Source of the DNA: a virus
IMG/VR virus record: IMGVR_UViG_3300035180_002210
Location: 1-64,000 of that record
Reading direction: 5' to 3' (one strand)
DNA: 64,000 nucleotides
Below the pieces are notes generated by a model. It was given only the letters and a program-made list of their open reading frames with translations, was not told where the DNA came from and ran no database searches. The translations under genes were made by a program, and so were the position numbers. Of this stretch, positions 7,235-17,234 are shown piece after piece. Numbering within the stretch: position 1 is the stretch's first letter; every line of letters starts with the position of its first letter.

Positions 7235-9777
7235 TGAGACTACTTGAATTGAAATTACGCGGCGCAATTGGTATCTGGAAAGGTTTGGGCCTTGATGAAA
7301 TACAGGTTGATTTTTCCCAGTTTGAACCGGGCCTGATTGCCTTAGTAGGTACGAACGGCTGCGGGAAGTCCACAACCATCGAAAATTTACACCCATACCG
7401 CAGGCTGGTAAGCAGGACCGGATCTTTCAAACGGCATTTCCGGCTAAAGGATTCATTCCGATACCTGAAATATGAGATCGACGGGCATATCTACGAATCG
7501 AATATCTTAATTGACGCCTTCACAGAAGGAGCGCAAGCATTCCTGATTAAGGACGGTCAGCCGGTGAATGATGGTAAGGTTAAAACTTACGACGTTGAAA
7601 TTGAACAGCTTTTAGGTTCGGAGGAATTATTCTTTAATTCGGCCTTTTCAGCCCAAGGCGCAGCGGGTATTGCCGGGATGACAGTATCAGAACGGAGGAA
7701 GCTATTTAACGAAGTTTTGAATTTGCTCCGCTACACCCAGTACCATGAGTATTCGAAAAAGCAATTAAGCAAGAGCGAAACAGCACTTGCGAGGATTGAA
7801 GGCGAACTTAGCGCCATCCAGCCTATAAACGATCCACAATACAGCGAGGAGCGGTTAAAAGAGCTCAAAAATATAACCCTTGACCAAAAGAAAGAAGTAG
7901 AATTACTGGCGGGTGAATTGGGCGATATTCTGGCAAAAAAAACGACGCTTAACGACCGGTTGATTAAAGAGCAGGCCGATACCAAAAATAACCGGCAGGC
8001 GAATAATGACCTTACCGAGCGGACCAGCGCGATTCAGAATAAAATTGTTTCCGTCAAATCTTATTATGAAACGCTGCTATCCTCGAATGAAGCAAAGCGC
8101 GCTTCCATAAAAAAGAGCATTGAGACGTATGATAAGCTGCTTGCCAACAAAGAGACAATAGAATTGAATCTGGGACGGCTGGACTGGTGTAAAACAGAAC
8201 TGGCAAAGCTGGATGCAGGCGTCAACTGGGCGAAAGATGCTTATTCGGCAGCGCAGGAATATGCAGAGGTCGAACGCCAGAAACTAATTCTTGACAGAGA
8301 ATCAATAAGCAAAGCCACGAAGGACGCAGAGGACATTCAAAGAAAAGCCAGGGAAGATTATGCCTGGAATCTGGATGAATTGGTACCGGCCAGAAAAGAG
8401 ATTGAGGCCAATGAAAAGAAGATCAGCGACCATGAGTATAACCTACGGTCCTATCGCAATAAGCTGAAAAAAATTGAGGAAGCCAGCCGTCTTGTTTCTT
8501 CCGTTCCCTGCGATGCTGCTTTGGGAGCTACCTGCAAGTTTGTTTCGACCGCACACGCGGCGATACAAAGCAAAGCAGACGTTGAGAAGGAAATATTTGA
8601 GACTGAAAAAGTTATTGAACAGCTCCGGCAGCTAAATATAACGAAGCAGGAAGAGATAGCCACGAAGGAAGATGCTCTGAAAGCTGAGTTGAACAGCAAT
8701 ATGATAACCTATGATACTGCTATTCGAACCATTGAGGCGCAGCGGCAGGAACTTAACCGGAGAGAAAGCGATATAGCAAAAACGCTTGAAACTGTCAGTA
8801 TGAAGCGGGATGAAATTATTGCATCTCTTAAACCCCAGAGGGAAGAAGCTGAAACAATTCAGTCCGTGTTACAAGCAAACGATTGGACGAAACTTAAAGA
8901 GCGGGCCGCGGACGCGGAGAATCAGAAAAAAATCCAGGAGCATTCACTTTCCAGTCTCGAAGCATCGGAGGCTGATGCCAAGATGCGGTTTGAGGCCGAC
9001 ACGAAGGAGTTAACCAATGAGTTAACTGAGCTGGAAAAGAAGTTTATTCAAATTGATGAAACACGGATCCCGGGCCTTGAAGCAGAGATACGGCGGGAAA
9101 CCGAACTCTTCAAAACCAAGGATGAAAAATACAAAAAGCTCCAAAGCGATATTAACGACCGCGAATATGCCATCGTGACCGTTGAAACAAAGATCGAAAC
9201 CGAACGGACGAATGCCAAAAAGCGGGAAACACTTGAGGCGGAAAAGACCGGTGTTCAGATGGATATAAGGGAATGGGCCGCACTTTGCAAGGCATTCAGC
9301 CCTACCGGAATACCGGTATTAAAATTGGAAAACAGCGGGATTGACGTAACGCTTTACGCGAACGAGCTTCTTTCCCTCTTCGAAAATAAATTCCGGATAG
9401 CGTTCGATACCACCAGGCTTGACGTGGACAAGAAGAACCTGAAAGAAACCTTTGATATAAACATCATTGAGCCTGACGGGATTTGCGAAATATCCAATAA
9501 AAGCGGCGGCGAGAAAGTATGGCTTGAAACGGCTATTCAGTTGGCCATCAGTTTGTTAGGCCGCAGGCAAGGTAAGAGCATTCAGACGGCCTACCTTGAC
9601 GAGAAGGACGGAGCACTAAGCCTCGAAAATTCAATGGCTTATTTCGAAATGGTTAAGAAAGCGCATGAAATGAGCCACGTATATCATACGCTGGTGATTA
9701 CCCATACGCCGGAGATCATAGACGCAATTCAACAGCAGGTCATATTCAGTGACGGCTATCTAACGTATAAAAATTAA
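7234..9777 (+). CDS. sbcC: SbcC/Rad50-like SMC ATPase
   Basis: Walker A GTNGCGKST, long coiled coil with central PC-x7-C, signature KSGGE, Walker B AYLDE, ITH loop. Confidence 0.93.
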   Translation: MRLLELKLRGAIGIWKGLGLDEIQVDFSQFEPGLIALVGTNGCGKSTTIENLHPYRRLVSRTGSFKRHFRLKDSFRYLKYEIDGHIYESNILIDAFTEGAQAFLIKDGQPVNDGKVKTYDVEIEQLLGSEELFFNSAFSAQGAAGIAGMTVSERRKLFNEVLNLLRYTQYHEYSKKQLSKSETALARIEGELSAIQPINDPQYSEERLKELKNITLDQKKEVELLAGELGDILAKKTTLNDRLIKEQADTKNNRQANNDLTERTSAIQNKIVSVKSYYETLLSSNEAKRASIKKSIETYDKLLANKETIELNLGRLDWCKTELAKLDAGVNWAKDAYSAAQEYAEVERQKLILDRESISKATKDAEDIQRKAREDYAWNLDELVPARKEIEANEKKISDHEYNLRSYRNKLKKIEEASRLVSSVPCDAALGATCKFVSTAHAAIQSKADVEKEIFETEKVIEQLRQLNITKQEEIATKEDALKAELNSNMITYDTAIRTIEAQRQELNRRESDIAKTLETVSMKRDEIIASLKPQREEAETIQSVLQANDWTKLKERAADAENQKKIQEHSLSSLEASEADAKMRFEADTKELTNELTELEKKFIQIDETRIPGLEAEIRRETELFKTKDEKYKKLQSDINDREYAIVTVETKIETERTNAKKRETLEAEKTGVQMDIREWAALCKAFSPTGIPVLKLENSGIDVTLYANELLSLFENKFRIAFDTTRLDVDKKNLKETFDINIIEPDGICEISNKSGGEKVWLETAIQLAISLLGRRQGKSIQTAYLDEKDGALSLENSMAYFEMVKKAHEMSHVYHTLVITHTPEIIDAIQQQVIFSDGYLTYKN

Positions 9778-9787
9778 AGGATTTACC

Positions 9788-9940
9788 ATGCAGGACCAGA
9801 CAGTAATGAAATACAACCATCCTAAAGACGGTTTGAAAACAATTGTCCGCGTAGATAACGGAGAGCAGGCCATCGAGGAAATGACCGAGGAAGAAGAAAA
9901 CGCCTTCCCTCCTAATTTATTCGGATCCCAAGTAAGCTAA
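9788..9940 (+). CDS. 50-aa hypothetical protein
   Basis: AAGGA RBS; fills the gap between sbcC and the helicase; ends PPNLFGSQVS. Confidence 0.6.
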   Translation: MQDQTVMKYNHPKDGLKTIVRVDNGEQAIEEMTEEEENAFPPNLFGSQVS

Positions 9941-9942
9941 GT

Positions 9943-11550
9943 ATGAGAATAATTCAGGATAGGCCGTTCATGCCAAGAGACTGGCAGCGGGAGGGACTAA
10001 ACGCGCTGATGGAAACGCAAAGGCAGGGTAAGAAACAATTCCTTTGCGTAGCGACTCCCGGGTCCGGAAAAACAAAGTTTGCGTTAATGGGTACGCACCG
10101 GTTTTTCAGGATGGGATTGATGGACCGCGTAGTTGTAGTTACCCCTACCGATTATTTGAAACGGCAATGGGCGGCGGAAGCAGCAGAGTTCGCAGGGATT
10201 GACCTTGATCCGGACTTTGCCAATGCCTACCAGGCGGAAACATCGGATTTTCATGGTGTAGCCGTTACTTACTCATTGATAGGTTTGGATAAAGCCGGAG
10301 TGCATAAGCACAACACGATCAATAAACGCACACTGGTTATTCTGGATGAAGTTCACCACGCCGGAGATAACAAGACATGGGGGACGGCCTTAATTGAATC
10401 GTTTAAGGACGCGGAATTTATTATTTGTCTGAGCGGGACCGCATTCAGGACGGATGACTGCGAAATTCCCTTCGTGACTTACAAAGACAGGGTAAGTGTT
10501 TCCGACTATGAGTACACCTATGAGCGGGCGATAAAGGACAATGTTTGCCGGTCCGTTTATTTCAGCATTCACGACGGGAAAATGAAATGGGCGGTTGATA
10601 AGGCCGAGTTTGAGCACACGTTCAAAGATTTTCTTACGCCTGATCAGGTGAGCAAACGGCTGAGAACTGCCCTTGACGCCGGAGGCAACTGGGTACGCGA
10701 CGTTTTACGCGCGGCGGATGATAAGTTGAAAGAGATTAGGAATACTCATGCAGACGCAGGAGCAATGGTTTTTGCCAGCAGCCAACAACACGCGAAAGAA
10801 ATAAAAAGCGTTCTTGAACGGATAACCGGCTCAAAAATAGATGTAGTGATTTCGGAGGACGATAAAGGACGGGAGAAGATTGAGCGGTTTGCCAGGACAA
10901 ACGACCGCTGGATCATCAGCGTAAAGATGATTAGCGAGGGTGTAGATATTCCCCGGCTGAGGGTTGGGGTTTACATGACGAATATTAAAACTGAAATGTT
11001 CTTCCGGCAGTCTGTAGGTAGGTTCGTCAGAGTATTGAAGGGATTGAAGTTTCAGGATGCGTTCATGTTCATACCGGGCGACCGGGAGATCATAGGGCTG
11101 GCTGAGACTATCCAGGAAGAGCGCAACCATGTCTTAGACCAGGCCGAGAAGAGCAGCGATGATGACCAGCAGCGAAATTTGTTTGGCGAACCGGTTTACA
11201 CACCGGCATTGAAGGGGAAATTTCAGGCTATGGGCGCGGAACTGACTACATCGAAGCTTATGAGCGTAAATGTTGACATTAGTAAAGGCGCAAAATTTAG
11301 TGTTGTTAAATCGCCGTCGGCAGATGATCCGATCTACATACAGAAAGAACGGCTGCGGGATTACCTGAATACTTTGGCAAAGAGATATGCCAGACGGCAG
11401 ACGAACGGAAACCCTGCTATTCACCCCGATTACTCCGCACTTCACAAGTTATGGCGGCAGAACGGCGGGAAGCCGATGGAAATGGAAACTTTGCAGGAGC
11501 TTGAGAAGCGAGTACAATTTTATGAAGCACGGCTAAGAGAGGCAGCCTAA
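9943..11550 (+). CDS. Superfamily 2 (ResIII/DEAD-like) helicase
   Basis: TPGSGKT, DEVHH, LSGT, EGVDIP and QSVGRFVR motifs. Confidence 0.92.
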   Translation: MRIIQDRPFMPRDWQREGLNALMETQRQGKKQFLCVATPGSGKTKFALMGTHRFFRMGLMDRVVVVTPTDYLKRQWAAEAAEFAGIDLDPDFANAYQAETSDFHGVAVTYSLIGLDKAGVHKHNTINKRTLVILDEVHHAGDNKTWGTALIESFKDAEFIICLSGTAFRTDDCEIPFVTYKDRVSVSDYEYTYERAIKDNVCRSVYFSIHDGKMKWAVDKAEFEHTFKDFLTPDQVSKRLRTALDAGGNWVRDVLRAADDKLKEIRNTHADAGAMVFASSQQHAKEIKSVLERITGSKIDVVISEDDKGREKIERFARTNDRWIISVKMISEGVDIPRLRVGVYMTNIKTEMFFRQSVGRFVRVLKGLKFQDAFMFIPGDREIIGLAETIQEERNHVLDQAEKSSDDDQQRNLFGEPVYTPALKGKFQAMGAELTTSKLMSVNVDISKGAKFSVVKSPSADDPIYIQKERLRDYLNTLAKRYARRQTNGNPAIHPDYSALHKLWRQNGGKPMEMETLQELEKRVQFYEARLREAA

Positions 11551-11639
11551 TTATTCCGGTGGCCGGGAGCAAGTACGTCCCAAACGTCGTGTGCCTCCAC
11601 GATTGCAAACGGCCACTATTTTTTAAGAAAGGACAGTTT

Positions 11640-12047
11640 ATGATAGTGTTTATGACAATGGTTCTCATGGCAATATGGTTCGCAATTTTTGTTGACGCCA
11701 GAATCAGTTTTTTGGAGCGCGGCTGGCCGGTACTGAACTGGATGAAATCGGATTTCATGTATTTGATTATGCCGGTTGCGCTTTTATGCCAGATGATAGC
11801 GTTTATCCATTTCTTTCCGGAGAAGAACGGCTACCTGCTGTTTGTTGCGGCAGGCGCGTTTATTGGTTCATTTGCCTGGGATTTCGCGTTCGGGATTGTG
11901 GTATATGATGATGCTTTTTTCCCCTTCCGGAAATGGCTGTTCAACATGGGATTTGCCGGCAAATATTACTGGCAGCGATACATTGCCGACGGCGCAAGGT
12001 TACTGGCAGGAGGCATTTTACTTTACTTCGCGCTGAAAGGAATGTAA
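11640..12047 (+). CDS. Multi-pass membrane protein
   Basis: ATG 11640 after AGGACAG; about four hydrophobic segments. Confidence 0.7.
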   Translation: MIVFMTMVLMAIWFAIFVDARISFLERGWPVLNWMKSDFMYLIMPVALLCQMIAFIHFFPEKNGYLLFVAAGAFIGSFAWDFAFGIVVYDDAFFPFRKWLFNMGFAGKYYWQRYIADGARLLAGGILLYFALKGM

Positions 12048-12328
12048 TGAATTACCAGGTAAGAAAAGCAAGTGATGTACCTGCAGAGGCTAAAGGTTTA
12101 TTCCGATTTGTTAACGGCGCGCCGGTTGTACCGCCAGGACGTTTATTCCCGATTGAGGCTTACTGTATTCTGCTGGACCTGCGTTCAGATGAGGCGACGG
12201 TAGTTGTGGAAGCTTTGCGCGAGGCGAATTTGCTTCCGGCGAATCTTGAAAAGAGATTTAAGGCAGCAAACGAAACTTTTCCGCAAAGTGACCAGGTATC
12301 TTTTTTAGGCGAGGCAATCAATGGGTAA
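12047..12328 (+). CDS. Hypothetical protein
   Basis: TAATG coupling with the upstream stop; MNYQVRKASD... Confidence 0.65.
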   Translation: MNYQVRKASDVPAEAKGLFRFVNGAPVVPPGRLFPIEAYCILLDLRSDEATVVVEALREANLLPANLEKRFKAANETFPQSDQVSFLGEAING

Positions 12329-12584
12329 TAATGACGGCCTTACTTTGTTTTTCATGCTTGCGTTTATTGTCACAGCATGCTACGCCATCGCCTATAAGAG
12401 GAAGTTTGAAGAGCTGGCGGACAAGCACAGCGGGCGGGAATATTCACCCAACTACAATGAAATAATGACCATGCCATTTATTGACAAGGTGATTCTCCGC
12501 TGGCATAAATGGAATAATAGGAATATCCACTTCAGGCGCGAACGAAAACGCCTTTACGTAACTCTGGAAAGGGAGGAGTTATGA
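12321..12584 (+). CDS. Small membrane-anchored hypothetical protein
   Basis: N-terminal hydrophobic helix; overlaps neighbours. Confidence 0.65.
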   Translation: MGNNDGLTLFFMLAFIVTACYAIAYKRKFEELADKHSGREYSPNYNEIMTMPFIDKVILRWHKWNNRNIHFRRERKRLYVTLEREEL

Positions 12585-12799
12585 CAGCCCAGACTTACGC
12601 AACTGATTTATCGAAACTGAATACGAATGTTACCTGCCCGCATTGCGGCCATGTTCATAACGATGCAGAACACGGGATGAAGCTGATCATGCGCTACATA
12701 GAGAGTGTACGGGGTGTTGTAAGCCATCATTGCCCGAAATGCAAGATAAAGTATAAGGTATCTGCCAATTTGCAAGGATTAACCGCGTTACGCCCATGA
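12581..12799 (+). CDS. Zinc-ribbon protein
   Basis: CPHCG...CPKC; GGAGGAG RBS. Confidence 0.7.
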   Translation: MTAQTYATDLSKLNTNVTCPHCGHVHNDAEHGMKLIMRYIESVRGVVSHHCPKCKIKYKVSANLQGLTALRP

Positions 12800-13125
12800 T
12801 TGATTCAGCAAAAGCAGATTCCGTAATAAAACTCATATCCGAGTACCGGAGGAGCCGTCCCATAACCTCGAAGAAGATTGAGGATTTACTTGGAGTGCCA
12901 GGCGCAACCATTAGAGACGTTGTCCGCGAAGCCCGGAGAAAGAAAATACCCATAGGGAGTAATTCAAGCGGGTACTATTTGATAACCAAACAATCGGAGC
13001 TTGATGAAACGGTAAAACACCTACGCAGCCGGGCTTTGAGCGAGTTGGAAACACACCGGTTAATGAAGAACATACGGTTCAGCGAATTTCCGGAACAAAT
13101 GCAACTTTTTGGAGAACAGGCATGA
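12796..13125 (+). CDS. Winged-helix phage protein
   Basis: PITSKKIEDLLGVPGATIRDVVREAR...PIGS..GYY; C-terminal QMQLF. Confidence 0.7.
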   Translation: MIDSAKADSVIKLISEYRRSRPITSKKIEDLLGVPGATIRDVVREARRKKIPIGSNSSGYYLITKQSELDETVKHLRSRALSELETHRLMKNIRFSEFPEQMQLFGEQA

Positions 13126-13262
13126 TAGAAAATATACTTCTGATAGTTAAATGGTTTATCGCGTTTGGAATTATTGACGCGGCGATTTTGCTTCTGATCA
13201 TTTTTTGCCATCGTGACCGGAAGGATAAAAAGGATTCAAATACAAGGACACGCAGAATATGA
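13122..13262 (+). CDS. 46-aa membrane peptide
   Basis: ATGA overlaps at both ends; hydrophobic then basic. Confidence 0.5.
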   Translation: MIENILLIVKWFIAFGIIDAAILLLIIFCHRDRKDKKDSNTRTRRI

Positions 13263-13471
13263 AAATTAAGAATTATACGTCATCTACACCGGTAGCCCGG
13301 TCTGTTGAGTTTATTGAGACGCGACTTGCCGCGGCAGGCGCGGGGTTTATTACCAAGGTTTATGACGGGGAGCCAAAGCGGTTAAAAGGCCTGACTTTCC
13401 AGATCGTTATTAACGGAATGCCGACTATCTACAAATTACCGGCAAGGGATGAGTACCCAGTAATAAAATGA
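13259..13471 (+). CDS. Hypothetical phage protein, probably C-terminally truncated
   Basis: IKNYTS...I...L...GA..I...Y...YKLPAR looks like the start of a longer phage family as recalled; it stops shortly after LPAR. Confidence 0.5.
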   Translation: MKIKNYTSSTPVARSVEFIETRLAAAGAGFITKVYDGEPKRLKGLTFQIVINGMPTIYKLPARDEYPVIK

Positions 13472-13520
13472 ATACAGAAGTTTCCGGAACAATTTTGAAA
13501 ATAATTTTGAATAAACGTGC

Positions 13521-14504
13521 ATGAAAAATAATCTTGAATATTACCAGCGAAGAGCCGATTCATACAGGCATTCTAAAATTATATTTCTAAATGTTGAATA
13601 TGGGGATGGTAATTCAGGCCTGGCAGCGGAAGCAAGATACTGGAGATTGCTCGACCTGATTGCTGAGTCTGATAATTGCGAGCTTGATTTGACGAAGAAA
13701 CGGGAAAAAGCACAGGTATCGAAAATACTTGGATTATCATTCGCGAAGCTTGATAAATTACTTAGCGTCTTGGTTAGTGATGATCTGAGACTTTTGATTG
13801 AGGTGAGAGAAAATGTTTATTCAGCAGAAAAACTTCGCAAGGTTTTCCAGGAAGTTTCAAAATTACGGGAAGCTGCCAGAGTACGAAAAAACGGTCAAAA
13901 TAAGGGAGTTCAGCGAACCAATACCGAACCTGACGGAAGTTCGGGCGAACTCTTAACGGGTTCGGACGAACTGAACAACAAAGTAAAAGGTAAAGTAAAG
14001 GTAAAGGTAAATGAAAGTAGTAGTTGTAGTAGTAGTAGTAAGGAGATTTCCGGAAACAACAACAACGACAACTTTGATTCTCCGAATTTTGAAAACAAGA
14101 AAAGTTTGTCCCAGGCTTTTACTAACCTCATCCAGCGGAAGTTTGGAGAATGCCCGACCGGGACCTTAACAACGCTTTTGAAAAAATTCAACAGCAGCGG
14201 ACTTTCGCCGGTAACGGCCTGGCAAATTGTTCTTGACAGTTTCGATGAAATTGATTTGCAACCGGCAGAGAAGCGAAACGCAGCTTATCTGGTAGGCAAG
14301 ATGAAAGGGAAGTTTGATGACGCGCGCGCGGCGTTACGAGAGCAGGAGAGCAAAGATCAGAAAAAAAAGGACGCCCGTGAACGGCGGGAGGAAGAAAAGA
14401 AAATAAGCGAGGAATACCGTTTGGCCAAGTTACATGGCGGCGGACCACTTAGCGATTTTAAGAAATTAACCGAAGATTCACAAACAAAAGGTTGTATTAA
14501 TTAA
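13521..14504 (+). CDS. Phage replication initiator-like protein
   Basis: N-terminal YYQR..D...KI..L...YG...RYWRLLDLIAE, central low-complexity linker carrying DNA iterons, helical C-terminus. Confidence 0.7.
   Translation: MKNNLEYYQRRADSYRHSKIIFLNVEYGDGNSGLAAEARYWRLLDLIAESDNCELDLTKKREKAQVSKILGLSFAKLDKLLSVLVSDDLRLLIEVRENVYSAEKLRKVFQEVSKLREAARVRKNGQNKGVQRTNTEPDGSSGELLTGSDELNNKVKGKVKVKVNESSSCSSSSKEISGNNNNDNFDSPNFENKKSLSQAFTNLIQRKFGECPTGTLTTLLKKFNSSGLSPVTAWQIVLDSFDEIDLQPAEKRNAAYLVGKMKGKFDDARAALREQESKDQKKKDARERREEEKKISEEYRLAKLHGGGPLSDFKKLTEDSQTKGCIN
13908..14075. promoter_or_regulatory. Candidate replication origin within the initiator gene
   Basis: Palindromes GTTCAGCGAAC (13908), GTTCGGGCGAAC (13939) and GTTCGGACGAAC (13960), then purine-rich GTAAAG repeats, (AGT)n and (AAC)n tracts. 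Confidence 0.6.
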
Positions 14505-14505
14505 C

Positions 14506-14715
14506 ATGGCAAAAACATGGGTTTATGATCGTTTGTGTTCAGATTTGATTGCCCTCCGGCTGGAGCTTGCAGAGCTGGACCAGGATGTTGACAACGAGAT
14601 CCGGAAACATGGTGAAGTAGACCCGGAATCGTTACAGCAAGCAAAAGAAAAAATAGCCGAGGCCTGCGCCTTGGCGGAAACAGCATATCAAGAATTCGGG
14701 AAAATGAGGAAATGA
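14506..14715 (+). CDS. Hypothetical coiled-coil protein
   Basis: Operon position, 1 nt after the initiator stop. Confidence 0.6.
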   Translation: MAKTWVYDRLCSDLIALRLELAELDQDVDNEIRKHGEVDPESLQQAKEKIAEACALAETAYQEFGKMRK

Positions 14716-14888
14716 CGATAACAGATTTACAGGCGAAAGCCAGCAGCATGGAAGAAACCATAGTGCTCAGGGAGCAAGAAATTAAAGACGCGAATGCCCT
14801 TGACGCATTCAGCGCCATTCCAAACAAGTTACGGGAAATTGCGGTAGCATTGAGCCGGTACACTGTTTCGGTGAAGGGTAAAAGATAA
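14712..14888 (+). CDS. 58-aa hypothetical protein
   Basis: ATGA and TAATG overlaps; MTITDLQAKASSMEE... Confidence 0.6.
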   Translation: MTITDLQAKASSMEETIVLREQEIKDANALDAFSAIPNKLREIAVALSRYTVSVKGKR

Positions 14889-15589
14889 TGGACCTGAACA
14901 AGATTTACGAAGGCGACAGTGATTTTATTTTATCAAAATATTTTGATGATGAGTCAGTGGATTGTTGCATAACTTCACCTCCTTACTGGGGTTTACGTGA
15001 TTATAAAATGAACGCGCAGCTTGGGATTGAACGTACGCCCGAAGATTATATAGACCGGCTGGTAAAGGTATTCCGCGAGGTTCGCCGGGTATTAAAACCG
15101 GAAGGAACGCACTGGTTGAATTTAGGGGATAGTTATGCCCGTGATGTCAAACAGGGCAGTTCCGGGGCACATGCGGACTATGCAGCTTTAGGCCATATCC
15201 ATTTACGACAGGATATCATTTGGCAGAAGCCGAATCCGATGCCAGAGAGCGTAACTGACCGCTGTACGAAATCTCACGAATATATTTTCCTACTGAGCAA
15301 AAGCCCGAGATATTATTTTGATCAGGATGCTATCCGGGTTCCTTTGAAGGAAGCGCATTTTGCCACTTTTCCCGAGAAGCTCATAGAGCCGCTGGTTTTG
15401 GCGGGTTGTCCGGAGGGCGGAGTAGTCCTCGATCCATTCATGGGCGCAGGGACTACGGGTGTAGTTGCGTTCAAGAATAACCGGAATTACGTAGGGATTG
15501 AGCTGAACCCGGACTACATAACGATGGCCGAGAGGCGCATTTATAACATTGCGCCGTTATTCACCGAAAATTTAGGTAAAGCAGAGTAA
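14888..15589 (+). CDS. N4/N6 DNA methyltransferase (beta class), internally deleted and chimeric
   Basis: TSPPYW, HFATFP and VLDPFMGAGTT motifs; contains an sbcD-derived segment; lacks the variable region between DAIRVP and EAHFATFP. Confidence 0.85.
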   Translation: MDLNKIYEGDSDFILSKYFDDESVDCCITSPPYWGLRDYKMNAQLGIERTPEDYIDRLVKVFREVRRVLKPEGTHWLNLGDSYARDVKQGSSGAHADYAALGHIHLRQDIIWQKPNPMPESVTDRCTKSHEYIFLLSKSPRYYFDQDAIRVPLKEAHFATFPEKLIEPLVLAGCPEGGVVLDPFMGAGTTGVVAFKNNRNYVGIELNPDYITMAERRIYNIAPLFTENLGKAE

Positions 15590-15597
15590 GAAATACG

Positions 15598-15894
15598 ATG
15601 GAAAGAGTTAGTTCTACAAAACGGTACGCGAGCGACAAGGACCATGCACAAGGTACGGCCAAAATGCAATTGAAGTTTATTCTGGATAACGTCCGCCATT
15701 TGCGGAAGCTCCGCGGCGGCGACAGCTTAGAAAAGGCAGCAAGGAGCATGGCAGCGAACATTCAACTTGGCGGGGAGTTATCGCCGAACCAGTTATCCTA
15801 CGTTGACTCGATTTATGAAAAGGCATGGAAGGCAGCCGGTTTTGAATCGGTTGAGACGAAGCATGATTTTGGGCCAAGGAAGGCAGACAGGTAA
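15598..15894 (+). CDS. Hypothetical protein
   Basis: 98 aa; TAATG-coupled to the next gene. Confidence 0.65.
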   Translation: MERVSSTKRYASDKDHAQGTAKMQLKFILDNVRHLRKLRGGDSLEKAARSMAANIQLGGELSPNQLSYVDSIYEKAWKAAGFESVETKHDFGPRKADR

Positions 15895-16454
15895 TGAGCG
15901 TAAAAGGCAGCCGGGGTAAAACGGAAATTAAACAGATCAGCCACAAAGAGCTTTGCCGTATTGCGGCTATCTGGCTGCAAAATTACTGGGGTTGCAATGT
16001 AGTTGCGCGCGAGCTTGGAACATCGGCAGGTGAGATCCCGGATGCGTTTGGTGTTAAACACGGAATATGTTACCTGATCGAGTGCAATGCCACCAGGAGT
16101 GATTTTCTGGCCGATGGGAAAAAGATATTCCGGATTGATCCTGCGCTTGGGATAGGCTCATACCGTTACTTCATTTGCCCTGCAGGCCTTATCCAGCCGG
16201 AAGAAGTGCCGGAAAACTGGGGATTGCTTTGGAAACATGATTTCCAGACGCGGGTAGTTAAGGAGCCTGAATGTCAGGAAAGCAATGCCATATCGGAGAA
16301 AATACTTCTCACTTCGATAATCAGGCGGTTAGAAATTAGCAGCTGCGTTTTCGTCTCACCAGAAACGCCGCCGGAGAAACTTGAATGTTTTAGTACCGAG
16401 ACTTACGACTATGAAATAAAAGCAATCGGCAATTCAGCCGAAATAACTCAATAA
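15894..16454 (+). CDS. PD-(D/E)xK nuclease-like protein (MmcB-like), ExK motif reads ECN
   Basis: GEIPDAFG...LIECNATRSDFLAD.KK..R...G.G.YRYFICP.GLI...VPENWGLL. Confidence 0.7.
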   Translation: MSVKGSRGKTEIKQISHKELCRIAAIWLQNYWGCNVVARELGTSAGEIPDAFGVKHGICYLIECNATRSDFLADGKKIFRIDPALGIGSYRYFICPAGLIQPEEVPENWGLLWKHDFQTRVVKEPECQESNAISEKILLTSIIRRLEISSCVFVSPETPPEKLECFSTETYDYEIKAIGNSAEITQ

Positions 16455-16569
16455 TCAAAAACAAAATGAAGAAAGGATTGTTTGTTTGCGGGGTTCAAAC
16501 CCGAGAAGTTTACTTGACCGGGACGGTTGGGAAGCCGTCCCGGATATTACAAACAGTGTAGTTACGATT

Positions 16570-16884
16570 ATGAAACAATTAGCAATTTACGTTCTGTTAC
16601 CGCTGGCGGTCCTTGTGGCCTGGATGCTGCTGAAAATTACGAAGCGGAGCCCTTCCGGATTGAAGCAATATACTCTTGACCGGGAAGCAGCTTTGAAAGT
16701 TCATCCTGCAAATATGGAGCATCATCAGGAGTTAATTTCACAAAGCGTTCACTCCGCAGGGGTAGAGGTAATCCGGTATAGTTCCAAGCAGGAAATGCCG
16801 GTTTATTTATGCGGGCGGAAGCCGAAGGATTGTCCTTCGTTTGGGGTTGTATTCATCGAAATTAAACCGGAGGTAGCCAAGTGA
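16570..16884 (+). CDS. Membrane-anchored hypothetical protein
   Basis: MKQLAIYVLLPLAVLVAWMLL transmembrane helix; start uncertain. Confidence 0.55.
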   Translation: MKQLAIYVLLPLAVLVAWMLLKITKRSPSGLKQYTLDREAALKVHPANMEHHQELISQSVHSAGVEVIRYSSKQEMPVYLCGRKPKDCPSFGVVFIEIKPEVAK

Positions 16885-17234
16885 GAATTTTAGTATCAAG
16901 AACCGAAGGCGGTAAGTTTGAAGTTGTATCGCTACCCAGCAGCCGGAAGGTAATGTTGAAGCGGTTTAAGCGCGGTGACTTTTCGGCCATAGGGAAGTTT
17001 TCCGGAATTTTGTTCGGGAAGGGCTGCCGGATATTCAATAACAGCCCTGTACAAGCGAGGGTATATAGCGAATGCAAGGAATATAGTTTTACCGGGATAA
17101 AACCGGCCCAGAATTTTCCATTCTTTTTTTCTACAGGCGAAAGAGGTTTATTCCAGATCAAAGCTTCCCGAACCTGGCAAGCTAATTCGAGAAGGAATAT
17201 GCGGCGGAAGAAGAAATTCGGAGGAAAGCAATGA
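16881..17234 (+). CDS. Basic hypothetical protein
   Basis: GGAGG RBS; GTGA and ATGA overlaps. Confidence 0.55.
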   Translation: MRILVSRTEGGKFEVVSLPSSRKVMLKRFKRGDFSAIGKFSGILFGKGCRIFNNSPVQARVYSECKEYSFTGIKPAQNFPFFFSTGERGLFQIKASRTWQANSRRNMRRKKKFGGKQ

